Part shown: piece by piece, positions 61,596 to 64,000 of the stretch
Layout of the letters: every line of letters begins with the position of its first letter
How positions within the stretch are numbered: the stretch's first letter is position 1
Assembly: GCA_963803145.1 (NCBI GenBank)
Contig: CAWDLW010000008.1
Location: forward strand, 416,001-480,000
DNA length: 64,000 bases
Direction of reading: 5' to 3'
Source of the DNA: Methanotrichaceae archaeon
GTDB lineage: Archaea; Halobacteriota; Methanosarcinia; Methanotrichales; Methanotrichaceae
The notes under the pieces: generated by a model
The model's input: the letters and a program-made list of their open reading frames with translations, nothing else
The model's database searches: none
Told to the model about the DNA's origin: nothing
Program-made: the position numbers and the translations under genes

Positions 61596-63307
61596 CTAAT
61601 GTTCCTCTTCACTACGAAGTTAGCAATAATAAGCTCATCAATTTGGCATTTCATAAATGATTCATAAGCATCTTTGGGCGAATTAACAATAGGTTCGCCT
61701 CCTAAATTAAATGATGTATTAAGGAAACATCCTATTCCTGTTCGTTCTTTGAAATTTTCTAACAATCTGTAATAAGAAGGACTTAATTCTTTTTTTACTA
61801 CTTGAGGCCTTGCCGAACCATCGACATGAGTTATCGCAGGCAGAATATCATCCGCTTTAGTCTTTTCTGTAACTGGACATACATAAAGCATAAACCGAGA
61901 TGGATAATGATCTTTTGGCAAATCAAAAAACCGATCAGCATCTTCATACATAACAGATGGAGCAAATGGTCTAAAGCTTTCCCTAAATTTCACCCTCAAA
62001 TTAACTGTTTTCAGCATCTCTTTTCTTCGCGCATCTGCCAAGATGCTTCTATTTCCCAAAGCCCTTGGCCCCCATTCCGCAGATCCCTGGAACCAACCAA
62101 ATATCTTGCCTCTGTCTAATCCTTCAGCTACATAGCTTGAAACCTCATTTTCAGAATATTCCTCATAATTGATATTATTGCTATCTAAAAAACTTTTAAC
62201 CATATTTCTAGTAAAACTCGAACCGTAATATGCATGTTCCATTATATATTTTTTCTTATTATTCAATAATGAATAATACACATAAAGTGCAGCACCTAAT
62301 GCACCTCCCGCATCTCCGGCAGCCGGTTGAACAAAAAGGTTTTTTATTGGCGTATTTTTTAATATTTTATAGTTAGCCACACTATTTAACCCAACACCAC
62401 CCGCAATACAAAGATCTGTAAACCCTGTCTCGTTGCAAAGTCGATTTACCTGCTTGATAAGAATATCTTCGGTCAATTTTTGAATGCTTGCCGCAATATC
62501 TGCGTGTCTTTGGTCGAATATGTGTCCCATTTTTGTGTCTCTGGGCTTGCCAAATACTTGCAGAAATTTATCGCTATAAGGAAAATTCGTCGATCTATAA
62601 AAATCAAAATAATCCAGATTCAACCTGAAACTTCCATCATCTTTAATATCGAGAAGCGAATTTACTTCGTTTAAATATCTCGGTGTTCCATATGGAGCAA
62701 GCCCCATTAATTTATACTCTCCATCGTTTACTTTAAAGCCTAAATATCCTGTAAATACGCTATAAAGCAAACCCAAACTATGAGGAAAACGTAACTCGTG
62801 TGTTAATACAATTTCGGATCCTTTACCGAAACCCATTGCAGTAGTTGTCCACTCACCCACACCATCAACTGTTAGGATCGCGGCCTCATCAAATGGAGAG
62901 CATAAGAAGGAGGATGCCGCATGAGAAATGTGATGAGGGATAAATAGTATTTTATCTTCGCTTATATCCAATTTTTCAGATATATGCGTTCTCACCCAGA
63001 AATTCTTTTTGATCCAAGATAGATTCCCTTCACTAAAAACCCTAGATGTGTAAGGGAAAAATGAAAGCGCAGAAATAATGAATCGCTCAAACTTAAGAAA
63101 AGGCTTTTCATAAAATACAACATAGTCTAGATCACTTCCTTCTATTTTCCTTTGATTCAAAACAAAATTAATGGCATTCCCCGGAAAGCTTGGGTCATGC
63201 TTAACCCTTGTAAATCGCTCTTCTTGCGCCATTGCAATAGGAATGCCATCTTCAACTAATGCTGCCGCAGAATCGTGATAGTAGCAAGAAATTCCCAGGA
63301 TTTTCAT
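61592..63307 (-). CDS. O-carbamoyltransferase (NodU/CmcH/SxtI family)
   Basis: YYHDSAAAL, QEERFTRVKHD, HHISHAAS, GEYKLMGLAPYG, GPRALGNRSI, NTSFN. Confidence 0.93.
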   Translation of the reverse strand: MKILGISCYYHDSAAALVEDGIPIAMAQEERFTRVKHDPSFPGNAINFVLNQRKIEGSDLDYVVFYEKPFLKFERFIISALSFFPYTSRVFSEGNLSWIKKNFWVRTHISEKLDISEDKILFIPHHISHAASSFLCSPFDEAAILTVDGVGEWTTTAMGFGKGSEIVLTHELRFPHSLGLLYSVFTGYLGFKVNDGEYKLMGLAPYGTPRYLNEVNSLLDIKDDGSFRLNLDYFDFYRSTNFPYSDKFLQVFGKPRDTKMGHIFDQRHADIAASIQKLTEDILIKQVNRLCNETGFTDLCIAGGVGLNSVANYKILKNTPIKNLFVQPAAGDAGGALGAALYVYYSLLNNKKKYIMEHAYYGSSFTRNMVKSFLDSNNINYEEYSENEVSSYVAEGLDRGKIFGWFQGSAEWGPRALGNRSILADARRKEMLKTVNLRVKFRESFRPFAPSVMYEDADRFFDLPKDHYPSRFMLYVCPVTEKTKADDILPAITHVDGSARPQVVKKELSPSYYRLLENFKERTGIGCFLNTSFNLGGEPIVNSPKDAYESFMKCQIDELIIANFVVKRNIR

Positions 63308-63534
63308 TACATCTCCTTTGCTTCATTAATTTCTTTAATACATAATGCAGAAACATCTTTGTAAAAGTAGGAACCTTTGTTATCGCATTTCCCTGCTTTT
63401 TCGTATCTATAGGATAAAATTATACCCGGAATACTAAATATCGTATAATAAAATATTGTGAGAAGCATCCCCCCAAATATACCTGCTAACAACTCACCAA
63501 AGTTTATCCATTTTTCCCATAGATATCGAAGCAT
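63307..63534 (-). CDS. SxtJ-like small membrane protein
   Basis: W..FGELL...LLTIFYYTIFSIPG; position next to the carbamoyltransferase. Confidence 0.65.
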   Translation of the reverse strand: MLRYLWEKWINFGELLAGIFGGMLLTIFYYTIFSIPGIILSYRYEKAGKCDNKGSYFYKDVSALCIKEINEAKEM

Positions 63535-63543
63535 ATTCTTACC

Positions 63544-63723
63544 CTATATAAAAGGATATATCAAAGGGCCTAGCCCAGTCGATCCTGCAAAAATAATTAT
63601 CACGGCAAATATAAATATAACTAACATCAATGGTATAAGCCAATACAATTTGCGCCTCCAAAGAAATCTAAAAAACGATCCTGTGATCAAACTCCTAGAG
63701 TAAATACTTTTGCTTGATGACAT
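63544..63723 (-). CDS. DUF5989/SxtK-like small membrane protein (absent from the ORF track, 59 aa)
   Basis: My translation: MSSSKSIYSRSLITGSFFRFLWRRKLYWLIPLMLVIFIFAVIIIFAGSTGLGPLIYPFI. Confidence 0.8.
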   Translation of the reverse strand: MSSSKSIYSRSLITGSFFRFLWRRKLYWLIPLMLVIFIFAVIIIFAGSTGLGPLIYPFI

Positions 63724-63803
63724 ACATTCTTGGATAATTGATTCATGTATTTAAGATTATTGACATAGCTGTGTAGATGTAGAGTCCCGAAAGTCTTGCA
63801 TTT

Positions 63804-64000
63804 GAGCCTATCCTAAAACTCTTCAAATCATCAAAATACAAGACAAAGTAACAAGACCTAAGTACGAGCCCTCCAACCGCTCGTATCTTGGAAGAATCTT
63901 CTTGGTAGCCTCTATCCAGTTAAAAAATCTTTGCACAGCACTTCTCCTTCTATAGATATCTTTGTGAGGCTTGCGGGAAGAAGTATCGCCTGACACTTCT
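63804..64000 (-). mobile_element. IS5 family element end and transposase C-terminus (runs off window)
   Basis: Minus strand reads IYRRRSAVQRFFNWIEATKKILPRYERLEGSYLGLV; end sequence gagcctatcc. Confidence 0.7.

Noticed and set aside
60450-63723. Saxitoxin biosynthesis
   Set aside because: No sxtA, sxtG or other core genes in the window; IJK-like modules are widespread outside toxin clusters

Overview
Archaeal window, most likely a Methanothrix/Methanotrichaceae-type methanogen (inferred from gene content and protein styles, not verified by search). 1-15.3 kb: ordinary chromosome with an HD protein, a metallopeptidase, a Re-citrate-synthase-like enzyme, secreted proteins, a YgiQ radical SAM protein and a kaiC-kaiB-kaiB-kaiB-hybrid histidine kinase operon. 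16.0-27.2 kb is the most unusual part: a co-oriented array of about seven toxin-antitoxin modules, an acylphosphatase-like pair and a GxxExxY gene. These are separated by 7 full and 1 partial copies of a ~115-bp structured repeat plus a second hairpin repeat, and interleaved with 5'-only fragments of the glycan genes downstream. No integrase is present in the window. 27.2-64 kb: a mostly AT-rich surface-glycan locus (glycosyltransferases, flippase, GDP-heptose pathway with its own transaldolase, sxtIJK-like carbamoyltransferase module) containing IS630, IS110, IS200, IS4-like, IS66 and IS5 elements and a MITE. I found no rRNA, tRNA or CRISPR array. Family assignments are by eye from motifs, and repeat boundaries are approximate to a few bp.
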